DNA from: a virus
Taxonomy: Duplodnaviria > Caudoviricetes
IMG/VR virus record: IMGVR_UViG_3300025120_000060
Span: 1-57,269 of that record
Reading direction: 5' to 3' (one strand)
DNA: 57,269 bases
Below, in pieces: positions 47,604 through 56,998 of the stretch. A program made the position numbers and the translations under genes. The stretch's first letter is position 1; every line of letters begins with the position of its first letter. Under the pieces are notes generated by a model. It ran no database searches. It was not told the origin of the DNA and saw only the letters and a program-made list of their open reading frames with translations.

Positions 47604-49968
47604 TAATGTAGATAAAGCAATAAACCCTGCTGAAATAATTGAAATTGAAAAAGTAGGACAAGAAATTACTTTAGAAGGTAAACAAGACGAAGGACAATTT
47701 TTAGAACAAGAAGACGGTTCTGTAATAGTTAATCCAGAAGAAAAAAAAGAAGAAGGAATTCCTTTCGGGGCAAACTTAGCAGATTTTATCGAAGACGATA
47801 CTTTAGATGAGTTGTCTAACGAACTTCAAGCAGAGTATGCATCAGACCGTAGCTCTAGAGAAGAATGGGAACAAGGATATACCAAAGGTTTAGATTTACT
47901 TGGTTTTAAGTACGAAGAAAGATCTCGACCTTTTTCAGGTGCAAGTGGAGTGTATCACCCGCTACTCTCAGAGTCTGTTGTCCAGTTTCAAGCTCAGTCA
48001 TACAAAGAATTATTGCCTGCAGGAGGACCTGTTAAAACTCAGATTTTAGGAACGTCAACTCCTGAAATAGAATCTCAATCTGAAAGAGTTAAAGATTTTA
48101 TGAACTATTACATTTCAGATGTGATGGAAGAGTACGATCCTGAAATGGATCAAATGTTATTTCACTTACCTCTAGCAGGAAGTGCATTTAAAAAAGTTTA
48201 TTATGATGGCGGCATGGGTAGAGCTGTGTCTAAATTTATCGCAGCAGAAGATTTGATAGTTCCTTACATGACTTCTGATTTAGAATCTGCAGAGCGTGTA
48301 ACTCACGTTGTTAAAATGACAGAGAACGAAATCAAGAAGCAACAAGTTTCTGGTTTCTATCGTGATGTAAAAATTAGTCCTTATGATGTAGATGATGACA
48401 TTCAAGAAAAGTACGATGAGATGGAAGGTGTTAGAAAAGAACAGACCTATCAAGATTTTACTTTATTGGAAATGCATATCTTGTTGGACCTAAAAGGTTT
48501 CGAAGAAGATAACGGACTTAAAGTACCTTACATTGTTACTATTGATGAAGGGTCTGGTAAGATACTTTCTATTTACAGAAACTTTAACAAACAAGACAAT
48601 AAAAAAATTCAATACTTTGTTCACTACAAGTTCTTACCTGGTCTAGGTTTTTACGGCTTTGGTCTCATCCACATGTTGGGTGGTCTAAGTAGAACTGCAA
48701 CAGCAGCTCTTCGTCAATTACTTGATGCCGGAACTTTGTCTAACTTACCTGCGGGATTCAAGTCGCGTGGTTTTAGAATAAGAGATGATGATCAACCTCT
48801 ACAGCCTGGAGAATTTAGAGACGTTGATGCACCTAACGGAGTCCTACGAGATTCTTTAATGCCACTACCTTACAAAGAACCATCAGCTACTTTATTTAAT
48901 CTTCTAGGTTTTTGTGTGGACGCAGGTAGAAGATTTGCTTCCATAGCTGATCAGAAACTTGCAGAGGGAGGCAGTCAAGAAATGCCAGTTGGCACAACTA
49001 TGGCGTTGCTCGAAAGAGGAACAAAAGTTATGTCAGCGATTCACAAGAGATTACACTACGCACAGAAAATTGAATTCAAGTTATTAGCAAAAGTATTTTC
49101 AACATACCTACCTCCAATGTATCCTTACAACGTAGCCGGTGGTAATGCCTTTGTTAAAGCTCAAGACTTTGATCAAAGAGTTGATGTTGTACCTGTTTCA
49201 GATCCAAACGTTTTTTCAATTTCACAAAGAGTGACAATGGCACAAATGCAATTACAACTGGCACAATCCAATCCGCAATTACATAATTTGTATGAGGCAT
49301 ACAATAGAATGTATCAAGCCTTGGGTGTTCAACAAATTGAAAATATTTTACCACCTCCTCAACAACCCGTTCCTACCGATCCAGGAATGGAAAATGCACA
49401 AGCATTAAAGGGTGCACAATTACAAGCTTTCATTCAACAAAATCATGATGCTCACATTGAAGCTCATAGATCTTTTATGTCTTCTCAATTGGTTAAGGGA
49501 CAGATTGCTATTCTTGCTATTTTACAAGGACATGTATCGGAGCATATCTCTTTGGCTGCTAGAGCACAGATTCAAGCAGTTGTACAACAACAGTTAATGC
49601 AAATAGCTCAGCAAATGGGTGGACAAGTTCCTCCTCAAGTTGCTCAACAGATTCAAGCAGAAGGTGAAAATCAAATTTCTCAAATTATTGCAGTTGTAAC
49701 TAACAAAATGGTTCAAGAAGAACAACAAGGTTTGATGCAACAGGGCCAAGATCCAATAGTAGAGCTTAAAAATAAAGAGTTAGAGCTTCGCGGTGCGGAC
49801 ATTGAGCGTAGAGCAAAGGAATCTATGATGCAGTTCCAGATGGATCAACAAAGATTAGAGCAAGATAGAGATATAGCTGAAAAGAAACTTCAAACTCAAG
49901 AGGATTTGACAGAGTATAGACAAGAAATGGCTCTAAGAAGAGACGAATTAAAGAGGAGTAGTAAGTAA
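47596..49968 (+). CDS. Portal protein
   Basis: GASGVYHPLL, PAGGPVKT, GSAFKKVYYD, PGEFRDVD, PYKEPS, Q-rich tail. Confidence 0.9.
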   Translation: MVDNVDKAINPAEIIEIEKVGQEITLEGKQDEGQFLEQEDGSVIVNPEEKKEEGIPFGANLADFIEDDTLDELSNELQAEYASDRSSREEWEQGYTKGLDLLGFKYEERSRPFSGASGVYHPLLSESVVQFQAQSYKELLPAGGPVKTQILGTSTPEIESQSERVKDFMNYYISDVMEEYDPEMDQMLFHLPLAGSAFKKVYYDGGMGRAVSKFIAAEDLIVPYMTSDLESAERVTHVVKMTENEIKKQQVSGFYRDVKISPYDVDDDIQEKYDEMEGVRKEQTYQDFTLLEMHILLDLKGFEEDNGLKVPYIVTIDEGSGKILSIYRNFNKQDNKKIQYFVHYKFLPGLGFYGFGLIHMLGGLSRTATAALRQLLDAGTLSNLPAGFKSRGFRIRDDDQPLQPGEFRDVDAPNGVLRDSLMPLPYKEPSATLFNLLGFCVDAGRRFASIADQKLAEGGSQEMPVGTTMALLERGTKVMSAIHKRLHYAQKIEFKLLAKVFSTYLPPMYPYNVAGGNAFVKAQDFDQRVDVVPVSDPNVFSISQRVTMAQMQLQLAQSNPQLHNLYEAYNRMYQALGVQQIENILPPPQQPVPTDPGMENAQALKGAQLQAFIQQNHDAHIEAHRSFMSSQLVKGQIAILAILQGHVSEHISLAARAQIQAVVQQQLMQIAQQMGGQVPPQVAQQIQAEGENQISQIIAVVTNKMVQEEQQGLMQQGQDPIVELKNKELELRGADIERRAKESMMQFQMDQQRLEQDRDIAEKKLQTQEDLTEYRQEMALRRDELKRSSK

Positions 49969-50267
49969 TGGCCACCCAAAAACTAACAAGATCACAAATT
50001 CAACAGCTACAGCAGCTTGTTAAGAAACAAAGTAGGAATAAAAGGCTTAATCCTACTAATTACATGGCTTCTTTAATGAAAAATGTTGTTCAAACTAGAG
50101 CTAGTGGCGGAAAAATGTCTGTTGATGAGGCTTTTAAGGAAGTAAAAAAGAATCCACCTAAGATTCTAAAGAAAACAGCGAAAAAACATGGCAAAAAAAG
50201 AGCAGAAAAACAAAAAGTTGCAATCGCCCTCTCAAAAGCAGGAAAGTCTCGTCCCAAAAGGGCTTAG
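49968..50267 (+). CDS. Small basic protein
   Basis: KNPPKIL, VAIALSKAG. Confidence 0.7.
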   Translation: MATQKLTRSQIQQLQQLVKKQSRNKRLNPTNYMASLMKNVVQTRASGGKMSVDEAFKEVKKNPPKILKKTAKKHGKKRAEKQKVAIALSKAGKSRPKRA

Positions 50268-50511
50268 AGGCACCCTAGCAACAATAACTCCGGAACAATT
50301 AGAGGATTTGCAGACTGTCATTAGAGAACAGACCGCATCTAGCTTAGAATATATCACAAGTGAGTTTGAACCTTTGATTGTTGCAAGTGCTTACCTATCC
50401 ATAGTAAGACAACTTTACATGCTGTACCTAAATAAAGAAGAAGCAGAGGCTTTGTTCGAGTGGGCAAGGTTAAATATGGAGCCTGGCTTTAAATCGGGAC
50501 ACTTGCATTAG
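50188..50511 (+). CDS. Hypothetical protein
   Basis: ORF ending GHLH. Confidence 0.55.
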   Translation: MAKKEQKNKKLQSPSQKQESLVPKGLRGTLATITPEQLEDLQTVIREQTASSLEYITSEFEPLIVASAYLSIVRQLYMLYLNKEEAEALFEWARLNMEPGFKSGHLH

Positions 50512-50536
50512 AAACAAAATAGTATAATTTTTTATT

Positions 50537-50860
50537 ATGGCTGAACCAACAAAACTATCTTCTTCAATAAGACCACTTATTGAATCTATTTTAAAAAAGT
50601 CATTAGATAACAAAAGTCTTTCACAAAAAGGTTACGACGAAGCTATTCGTAAACTAGATTTGACCGATGCCGGTAAAATCGATAATAAGAAAAAAGGTGG
50701 TCAAATGAAAAAGAAGAAGAAAAAGAAAAGTTTTCCAGATATGGATGGTGACGGCAAAGTTACCAAAAAAGATATTCTCATTGGTCGTGGTGTCATTAAA
50801 AAAGCTAAAGTTGGCATGCAAATGAAGGGCACAAGCCCGTTATTAAAAGGAAGAAGATAA
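50537..50860 (+). CDS. Small basic protein with EF-hand/dockerin-like loop
   Basis: FPDMDGDGKVTKKDIL.GRGV. Confidence 0.7.
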   Translation: MAEPTKLSSSIRPLIESILKKSLDNKSLSQKGYDEAIRKLDLTDAGKIDNKKKGGQMKKKKKKKSFPDMDGDGKVTKKDILIGRGVIKKAKVGMQMKGTSPLLKGRR

Positions 50861-51159
50861 TGTCACAAACCCTAGCAAAAACACAAGCTGCAAGAGAAAC
50901 TGAAAAAGTTAAAGAAAAGATTAGACTTAAAAAAATAAAAGAAGATAAAGAAAAATCTGATCCTGGCGAAGTAATTCAACCCTTTGGAGAGAACATGGAT
51001 AAGATTAAAGAAAGTCGAAGCAAAGGAACTAACATGAAAAATTTAAAAAAATCTATTGAATTTTTAGAAACTATAGATTTAAAAAGTGGTGGACAGATTA
51101 AATGTGGCGTGCAGATGAAAGGCACGAGCCCACTAATCAAAAAAAGAAAGGGGAAATAG
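50860..51159 (+). CDS. Small basic protein
   Basis: Shares C-terminal GxQMKGTSPL with the upstream gene. Confidence 0.65.
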   Translation: MSQTLAKTQAARETEKVKEKIRLKKIKEDKEKSDPGEVIQPFGENMDKIKESRSKGTNMKNLKKSIEFLETIDLKSGGQIKCGVQMKGTSPLIKKRKGK

Positions 51160-51407
51160 TTATGGATAAAGCTACAGAAAATTTTACAATCATTGATGGT
51201 AAAAAAGTGCCTTACAAAGAGCCAGTTATGGATCCGAAGAAATCAAGCACTGCGGGTCAAAAACCAGTTCAAGTAAAAAAGGTACCGTTTAAAGGAGTAT
51301 TCTAATGGATATGATTAAATCCCTAAAAACTAAATGGGACAACCTAAATAAGAAGGGCAAGATGTTGATTGGCGTTGCAGTTGTTGTAGTCGTCGTTTTA
51401 ATTATCA

Positions 51408-51806
51408 ATGTTTAACTTACTTATAGGTCCCCTATCCAACTTGGTTGGCAACGCGGTCAAAGGCTTCGTTGAAACAAAGAAAGCTAAAGCAGAATTAGCT
51501 CTAACAGAAATTAAAGCACAGAAGTCGCTCAAAGAACAGCAGATTGCCGGGACAATTGGGTGGGAGGCCTCGGCGATCGATCAGATGAAGGGCTCCTGGA
51601 AAGACGAACTAATTTTAATATGCCTGTTGGTTCCGGCGGTAGCAGTATTTATTCCCGGATGGACTCCACATATTAAAGCAGGGTTTGAGGCACTTCACTC
51701 ATTACCTGATTACTACAAACATCTTTTATACATAGCTTGTTCTGCAAGCTTTGGAATTAAGGGTGCCAAAGGGGCCATGGGCCTAATTACTAAGAAAGGT
51801 AAATAA
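51408..51806 (+). CDS. Holin-like membrane protein
   Basis: SWKDE followed by TM helices; basic C-terminus. Confidence 0.65.
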   Translation: MFNLLIGPLSNLVGNAVKGFVETKKAKAELALTEIKAQKSLKEQQIAGTIGWEASAIDQMKGSWKDELILICLLVPAVAVFIPGWTPHIKAGFEALHSLPDYYKHLLYIACSASFGIKGAKGAMGLITKKGK

Positions 51807-52153
51807 TGACAATATTAGAAAACGAACTACCTGATAATTTATTAGGCAGCACATCAACTATAAAATTCACTTTAGATGATAGTGGATATGTTAAAATTGA
51901 AAAAGATTTTACTACAGGTGGATGGGATGTAGATGTTACAGGAACGATTACTGATCCAGACGGAACAACCTGGCAAATGGAAGTTAAAACTTCTGCAGGT
52001 TCTGATCACAATAAATCAGGAGTTGCAACAGGACAATCAGAAGAATTTACACTCAAAACTAACTTTGATAAAACAACTGTAACGCTAAAACTTTGGGCTG
52101 AAAATGGCACTGCTTCTGCAGGGGCTGTTGGACATATAAGTCTAAAATATTAG
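51806..52153 (+). CDS. Hypothetical beta-rich protein
   Basis: Coupled ORF. Confidence 0.65.
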   Translation: MTILENELPDNLLGSTSTIKFTLDDSGYVKIEKDFTTGGWDVDVTGTITDPDGTTWQMEVKTSAGSDHNKSGVATGQSEEFTLKTNFDKTTVTLKLWAENGTASAGAVGHISLKY

Positions 52154-52344
52154 TGGACATATTTCAGTTATTCACGATCTTTAAAAAACGAATTGAAGAA
52201 AGAGAAGAAGACCTTTTAGACTTATTGAGTTCTGGTGTTAAAGACTGGAATGAATATAAGTATTTGACAGGTAAGCTAGAAGCATTAAGATCAACTAAAT
52301 TAGAAATGCAAGAAACAATGAAGAGGTTTGAAGAAAATGAGTAA
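52153..52344 (+). CDS. Conserved small protein upstream of GroES
   Basis: GVKDWNEYKYLTGK motif. Confidence 0.7.
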   Translation: MDIFQLFTIFKKRIEEREEDLLDLLSSGVKDWNEYKYLTGKLEALRSTKLEMQETMKRFEENE

Positions 52345-52744
52345 ACTAATATTACCTGATTATTTGGGTAAAAAAGAAGAGAAAGCCAAAGAGCTTTCAG
52401 ATATGGAAAAGCTTCCAAAGCCAACTGGTTGGCGAATGTTGATCATGCCACACACAGGCATACGAAAAACAAAGGGAGGCGTGCATCTCACAGACAAGGC
52501 TCAAGAGGAAATTCAACTTACAACTAATGTAGGATTAGTCTTGAAAATTGGTCCAGATGCGTATAAAGATAAAGCAAGGTTTCCTGAAGGCCCTTGGTGC
52601 AAGGAAAGAGATTGGGTTCTTTTTGCTAAGTACGCGGGTTCAAGGATTAAGATAGACGGGGGTGAACTAAGACTTCTGAACGATGATGAAGTTTTAGCAG
52701 TGGTTGAAGATCCGGAAGACATATTGCATGCAACATATAAATAG
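52328..52744 (+). CDS. groES: Co-chaperonin GroES (Cpn10)
   Basis: PTGWRMLI, KTKGG, GPDAY, FAKYAG, LLNDDEVLAVV. Confidence 0.9.
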   Translation: MKKMSKLILPDYLGKKEEKAKELSDMEKLPKPTGWRMLIMPHTGIRKTKGGVHLTDKAQEEIQLTTNVGLVLKIGPDAYKDKARFPEGPWCKERDWVLFAKYAGSRIKIDGGELRLLNDDEVLAVVEDPEDILHATYK

Positions 52745-52764
52745 ACACATGGAGGTCATGTCCC

Positions 52765-53715
52765 ATGCCGGAAAAAATGGTAGATATAGATACATCAGGC
52801 AATCCTGTTGATGTAGATATAAAAGAAGAACAGAAACAAGACGAAGTCGAAGTTCAAGAACAACAAGAACAGGATTCTTCAGTTCGTGAAGTAAAAACAC
52901 AACAAGACGAACAATCAAACGAAGAAGAACTTAATGAGTATTCTGACGGCGTAAAGAAACGTATTGATAAGTTAACCGCAAAAATGCGGGAGGCTGAGAG
53001 ACGCGAAAAAGCTGCTATTGAATATGCTGATGGTATTAAAAGACAATACACAGATTTAGATAAAAAATATCAAGATCTAGATACTGGTTACTTAAGTGAA
53101 TTCAAAAGCAGAATTGAAATATCAAAAGCAGCCCTTCAAGACAGATACCAAAAAGCTGTTTCAGATAATGATGTCAAAGCTCAGGTTGAAGCACAAGAAG
53201 AACTTACTAAACTAACTATAGACTCAGAGCGTCTAAGAGCTAGTGAAGCAAGAAACAGTGCGAAAGTAGATGAGGCTAAAGACGGCAAACAAGTTGCAAC
53301 ACCTGCAGCTCCTGCTCCGCCACCATCTCCACCTGATCCACGTGCAGAAAGATGGGCATCAGATAATTCATGGTTTGGTAGTGACGAAGCCATGACATAC
53401 ACAGCAATATCAATTCACAAAAAACTTGTGGGACAAGAAGGATTTGACCCGAAGACTGAAGAGTACTATAGTGAGATTGATAAACGCATGAAAAACGAAT
53501 TTCCTCATAAACTCAGTCAAAATGAGGCTGAAGTGAACGATACATCTGCTGATGACAGGCCCGTGCAGGCTGTAGCAAGCGCAAATCGTTCATCTTCTAA
53601 AAATGCACGCAGCAAGACTGTGAGACTCACATCCTCTCAAGTCGCTATTGCCAAGAAACTAGGTGTGCCACTAACAGAGTACGCAAAGTACGTTAAACAA
53701 GGAGGTCAAGCATGA
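52765..53715 (+). CDS. Capsid scaffolding protein
   Basis: Acidic coiled coil; YSDGVKKRI; WFG; LTSSQVAIAKKLGVPL..YAK. Confidence 0.8.
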   Translation: MPEKMVDIDTSGNPVDVDIKEEQKQDEVEVQEQQEQDSSVREVKTQQDEQSNEEELNEYSDGVKKRIDKLTAKMREAERREKAAIEYADGIKRQYTDLDKKYQDLDTGYLSEFKSRIEISKAALQDRYQKAVSDNDVKAQVEAQEELTKLTIDSERLRASEARNSAKVDEAKDGKQVATPAAPAPPPSPPDPRAERWASDNSWFGSDEAMTYTAISIHKKLVGQEGFDPKTEEYYSEIDKRMKNEFPHKLSQNEAEVNDTSADDRPVQAVASANRSSSKNARSKTVRLTSSQVAIAKKLGVPLTEYAKYVKQGGQA

Positions 53716-54170
53716 CAACTAAAACTCCAAGAACTGCTGACACGCGAGACAAGTCTCAGCGTAAACGTGTCTGGCAGCGCCCGTCATCACTTGATGCACC
53801 CACTGCGCCCGATGGTTATATCCATCGTTGGATAAGAGCTGAAGTCCAAGGATTTCAAGACACTAAGAACGTTATTAGCCGTCTTCGTGAAGGCTACGAA
53901 CTAGTAAGAGCGGATGAATACCCGGACTGGCAATTACCAACAGTAGACGATGGTAAACACGCAGGGGTCATAGGAGTAGGTGGCTTATTACTGGCTCGCA
54001 TTCCAGAGGAACTTATTGAGCAACGTAATTCTTATTATGATGGTCTCACAAGAGATCAGATAGAAGCAGTTGACAATGATTTACTCAAGGATGCTCACCC
54101 CAGTATGCCAATCAGTAAACCTGATAGGCAAAGTAGGGTAACATTCGGTGGCTCACAAAAGACTGAATAA
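53712..54170 (+). CDS. Conserved head-module protein
   Basis: LDAP.APDG..HRWIR, LREGYE, IGVGGLLLARIP. Confidence 0.75.
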   Translation: MTTKTPRTADTRDKSQRKRVWQRPSSLDAPTAPDGYIHRWIRAEVQGFQDTKNVISRLREGYELVRADEYPDWQLPTVDDGKHAGVIGVGGLLLARIPEELIEQRNSYYDGLTRDQIEAVDNDLLKDAHPSMPISKPDRQSRVTFGGSQKTE

Positions 54171-54228
54171 GTTTTTTACAGGCCATTGTTAGTTACATAA
54201 ATAAACTTTACTTTTAAGGAGTAAAACA

Positions 54229-54807
54229 ATGGCAAATCAACAAGGCAACTTTGGACTTCGTCCGGTGCTTATGCTAGGTTCCGCTTATCAGGGACAAGGT
54301 CAACAGGAAATGAAGATCAATAGCAATGAGACGAACTCCATTTTCATGGGAGATCCCGTTGTGCTAAACGCAAACGGTGCTATCTCTCGTGGATCAAGTA
54401 AGGGTGCTGAGCTAGTTGGTGTTTTCAATGGTTGTTTCTACACAGATCCAACTACATCAAAACCAACTTTCTCAAACCATTACCCTGGTGGCATTGTAGC
54501 GAGTGATATCGTTGCAAACGTCATTAGTGACCCGGATGTAATATTCGCTATCAAAGTGGATGATACAAACGGTGGACGAGCACAAGTGGGTTCAACTGCT
54601 AACATCGCAACATATGCTGCAGGATCTACCAAATCAGGTATTTCAGGCGTATCATTAGATGGTGGTAGCTTCGCAACCAGTAACGGCTCTAACCTCGCTG
54701 TTTATGATCTTTCAACAGATCCTGATAACAGTGACTATACTGCAGCTAACGCTAACATTCTTGTTAGAATTAACTTACACCAGTATAGAGATAGCACAGG
54801 AGTATAG
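54229..54807 (+). CDS. Capsid decoration / auxiliary head protein
   Basis: FGLRP, GDPV, GVFNGCFYTDP; directly upstream of MCP. Confidence 0.7.
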   Translation: MANQQGNFGLRPVLMLGSAYQGQGQQEMKINSNETNSIFMGDPVVLNANGAISRGSSKGAELVGVFNGCFYTDPTTSKPTFSNHYPGGIVASDIVANVISDPDVIFAIKVDDTNGGRAQVGSTANIATYAAGSTKSGISGVSLDGGSFATSNGSNLAVYDLSTDPDNSDYTAANANILVRINLHQYRDSTGV

Positions 54808-54810
54808 ACT

Positions 54811-55734
54811 ATGGCTATATCAAGAAGTCAACTCGTTAAAGAGTTGGAGCCAGGTCTAAACGCACTGTTTGGCTTGGAGTACGGAAGGTACGAGAATGAA
54901 CACGCTCAAGTTTTCGACGAGGAAACATCAGATCGTGCATTCGAAGAAGAAGTAATGTTAGCCGGTTTCGGTTCAGCACCAACTAAAGCAGAAGGTGCCG
55001 GAGTATCTTTTGATACAGCAACCGAAGCGTTCACAGCTCGTTACACACATGAAACAGTTGCATTAGCTTTCGCAATCACAGAAGAAGCTATCGAAGATAA
55101 CCTCTACGATAGACTTGCTGCTAGATACACAAGAGCTCTTGCAAGATCAATGGCAAACACAAAACAAGTTAAAGCCATGGATGTTTTAAACTCAGCTTTC
55201 GCAGGTGCAGGTGCCGCGGGAACTAACCCAGGTGGTGATGGTGTGTCACTTATTAATACACAACATCCATTAGCCCAAGGCGGTGTGTTCTCAAACAGAC
55301 TTGCAACAGACGCTGATCTTAATGAAACTTCATTAGAGCAATCCTTAATTGACATCGCTGCATTCGTAGACGAGCGTGGATTAAAGATAGCCGCTCAAGG
55401 TAGAAAACTTATAATTCCAAAAGAATTACAGTTTACTGCTGACAGACTAATGGCTTCTGCATTAAGAACAAGCACAGCTGATAATGACATTAATGCTATA
55501 AGAAATATGGGTATGATCCCAGAAGGTTATGTAGTTAACCATTTCTTAAATGACATCAATGCATTCTATATCAAAACTGATGTACCGAACGGTTTCAAAA
55601 TGTTTAATCGTTCACCAATCAGAACTTCTATGGAAGGTGATTTTGATACAGGTAACGTAAGATACAAAGCTAGAGAGAGATACTCATTTGGTTTCTCAGA
55701 TCCTAGATGTGTTTTCGGTACTTCTGGTGCATAG
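54811..55734 (+). CDS. Major capsid protein (HK97 fold)
   Basis: MAISRSQLVKELEPGLNALFG, FAITEEAIEDNLY, GDFDTGNVRYKARERYSFG. Confidence 0.92.
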   Translation: MAISRSQLVKELEPGLNALFGLEYGRYENEHAQVFDEETSDRAFEEEVMLAGFGSAPTKAEGAGVSFDTATEAFTARYTHETVALAFAITEEAIEDNLYDRLAARYTRALARSMANTKQVKAMDVLNSAFAGAGAAGTNPGGDGVSLINTQHPLAQGGVFSNRLATDADLNETSLEQSLIDIAAFVDERGLKIAAQGRKLIIPKELQFTADRLMASALRTSTADNDINAIRNMGMIPEGYVVNHFLNDINAFYIKTDVPNGFKMFNRSPIRTSMEGDFDTGNVRYKARERYSFGFSDPRCVFGTSGA

Positions 55735-55758
55735 AACTTAACCGTTATAATTAATATT

Positions 55759-55793
55759 AAAGGGGCGTATGTCTTTGACTGCGCCCTTTTTTT
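55759..55793 (+). terminator. Intrinsic terminator after MCP
   Basis: AAAGGGGCGTA...TGCGCCCTTTTTTT. Confidence 0.75.
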
Positions 55794-55808
55794 ATGCCAT
55801 ATTTAAAC

Positions 55809-55878
55809 TCTAGCAAAATAGATTACACAAACTGAGCTAGACAGACTTATATAGAGATTGTGTAATCGGTCTATATAA
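55809..55878 (+). ncRNA. Two-hairpin kissing-loop leader RNA
   Basis: Stems TCTAGC/GCTAGA and TTATATAGA/TCTATATAA; loops GATTACACAA and TTGTGTAATC are complementary. Confidence 0.6.
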
Positions 55879-55893
55879 CCAAGGAGGTTTAAT

Positions 55894-56439
55894 ATGGCAA
55901 ACACTACATTTGATGGTCCAGTCAGATCCAGAAATGGCTTTCAGGCAATTGGTCCAGGAGCAGTACCTGCTTTAACTTTAGCGACAGATTTAACTGTAAA
56001 AGATCATGCGGGTAGACTATTAACATTTGATCCTGCAGGAACACCAACAGCGATCACAATACCTGCAATCGTAACAGGAGCAGATGCATCAACAGCAGGC
56101 CCTGGTAGCGATCCAAACAATCCAAGCACAATCGGAACCACTTTTGAAATTCTTTTCATAGATGATTTCACAGGTACAATTCAAACAAAAAACACAGCCG
56201 ATAAGTTTGTTGGAATGGTAACACTTGGAATTGATGCTTCCGTATCAGGTAAACAATTTGTACCCGCTACAGCAAACAATGAGATGAATCTCAATGGTGA
56301 AGCAGGTGCATCAGTTGCAACTACAGGTGGATTAAAAGGCACATATGTTAAGTTCACAGCAGTAGCAGCTAATCTTTACTACGTTGAAGGATTGCTTAAC
56401 GCAACAGGATCTATCGCTACACCTTTTGATAGCCAGTAA
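55894..56439 (+). CDS. Virion structural protein
   Basis: MANTTFDGPVRS.NGF; AAGGAGG RBS. Confidence 0.75.
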   Translation: MANTTFDGPVRSRNGFQAIGPGAVPALTLATDLTVKDHAGRLLTFDPAGTPTAITIPAIVTGADASTAGPGSDPNNPSTIGTTFEILFIDDFTGTIQTKNTADKFVGMVTLGIDASVSGKQFVPATANNEMNLNGEAGASVATTGGLKGTYVKFTAVAANLYYVEGLLNATGSIATPFDSQ

Positions 56440-56450
56440 GGAGTTAATAA

Positions 56451-56723
56451 ATGATTAACTATAGATCGGCTAAAGTAACGGCTACAGGAAACGTAGGGTC
56501 AGGCCCTGCAAGACTGATTGCTATTCATGCTGTCTGTGGTGGAACTGCAGGAAGCATCGTTTTAAAAGATAGTAGCACTGGAGCAACTTTGTTAGACATT
56601 GATACTCCTGCTTCTGCTACAGCGGTGATTGAAACTTACATAGGTGATACAGGTATGAGATTTCAAAATGTGATTCATGCTACATTAACTAATGTAACTT
56701 CATTGACTTGCATCTTTGGATAA
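56451..56723 (+). CDS. Small virion protein
   Basis: Beta-rich; G.RF motif; AAGGAG RBS. Confidence 0.7.
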   Translation: MINYRSAKVTATGNVGSGPARLIAIHAVCGGTAGSIVLKDSSTGATLLDIDTPASATAVIETYIGDTGMRFQNVIHATLTNVTSLTCIFG

Positions 56724-56998
56724 TGGCAGACAAACAGCCGCCAAAAACTAAAAAATATTTCCGCTCCACCAAAAGTGGGGCGGGGATGACTAAAGCGGGC
56801 GTTAAGAAATATAGAGCTGATAACCCAGGTTCCAAATTAAAAACAGCAGTCACAGGTAAAGTCAAACCCGGTAGTAAAGCTGCTAAAAGAAGAAAATCTT
56901 TCTGTGCTAGAAGTGCAGGACAAATGAAAAAATTTCCCAAAGCTGCTAAAGATCCTAACTCAAGGTTAAGGCAAGCTAGAAAAAGATGGAGATGTTAG
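56708..56998 (+). CDS. Small basic protein (RRKSFCARS...SRL..AR.RW.C)
   Basis: GMT.AG...NPGSKL; probable start MADKQ near 56723. Confidence 0.75.
   Translation: MHLWIMADKQPPKTKKYFRSTKSGAGMTKAGVKKYRADNPGSKLKTAVTGKVKPGSKAAKRRKSFCARSAGQMKKFPKAAKDPNSRLRQARKRWRC

Noticed and set aside
266-56940. Many antisense ORFs in the track (e.g. 266..493, 6341..6799, 40862..41215, 55104..55355)
   Set aside because: Shadow frames opposite well-supported genes, with no family motifs.
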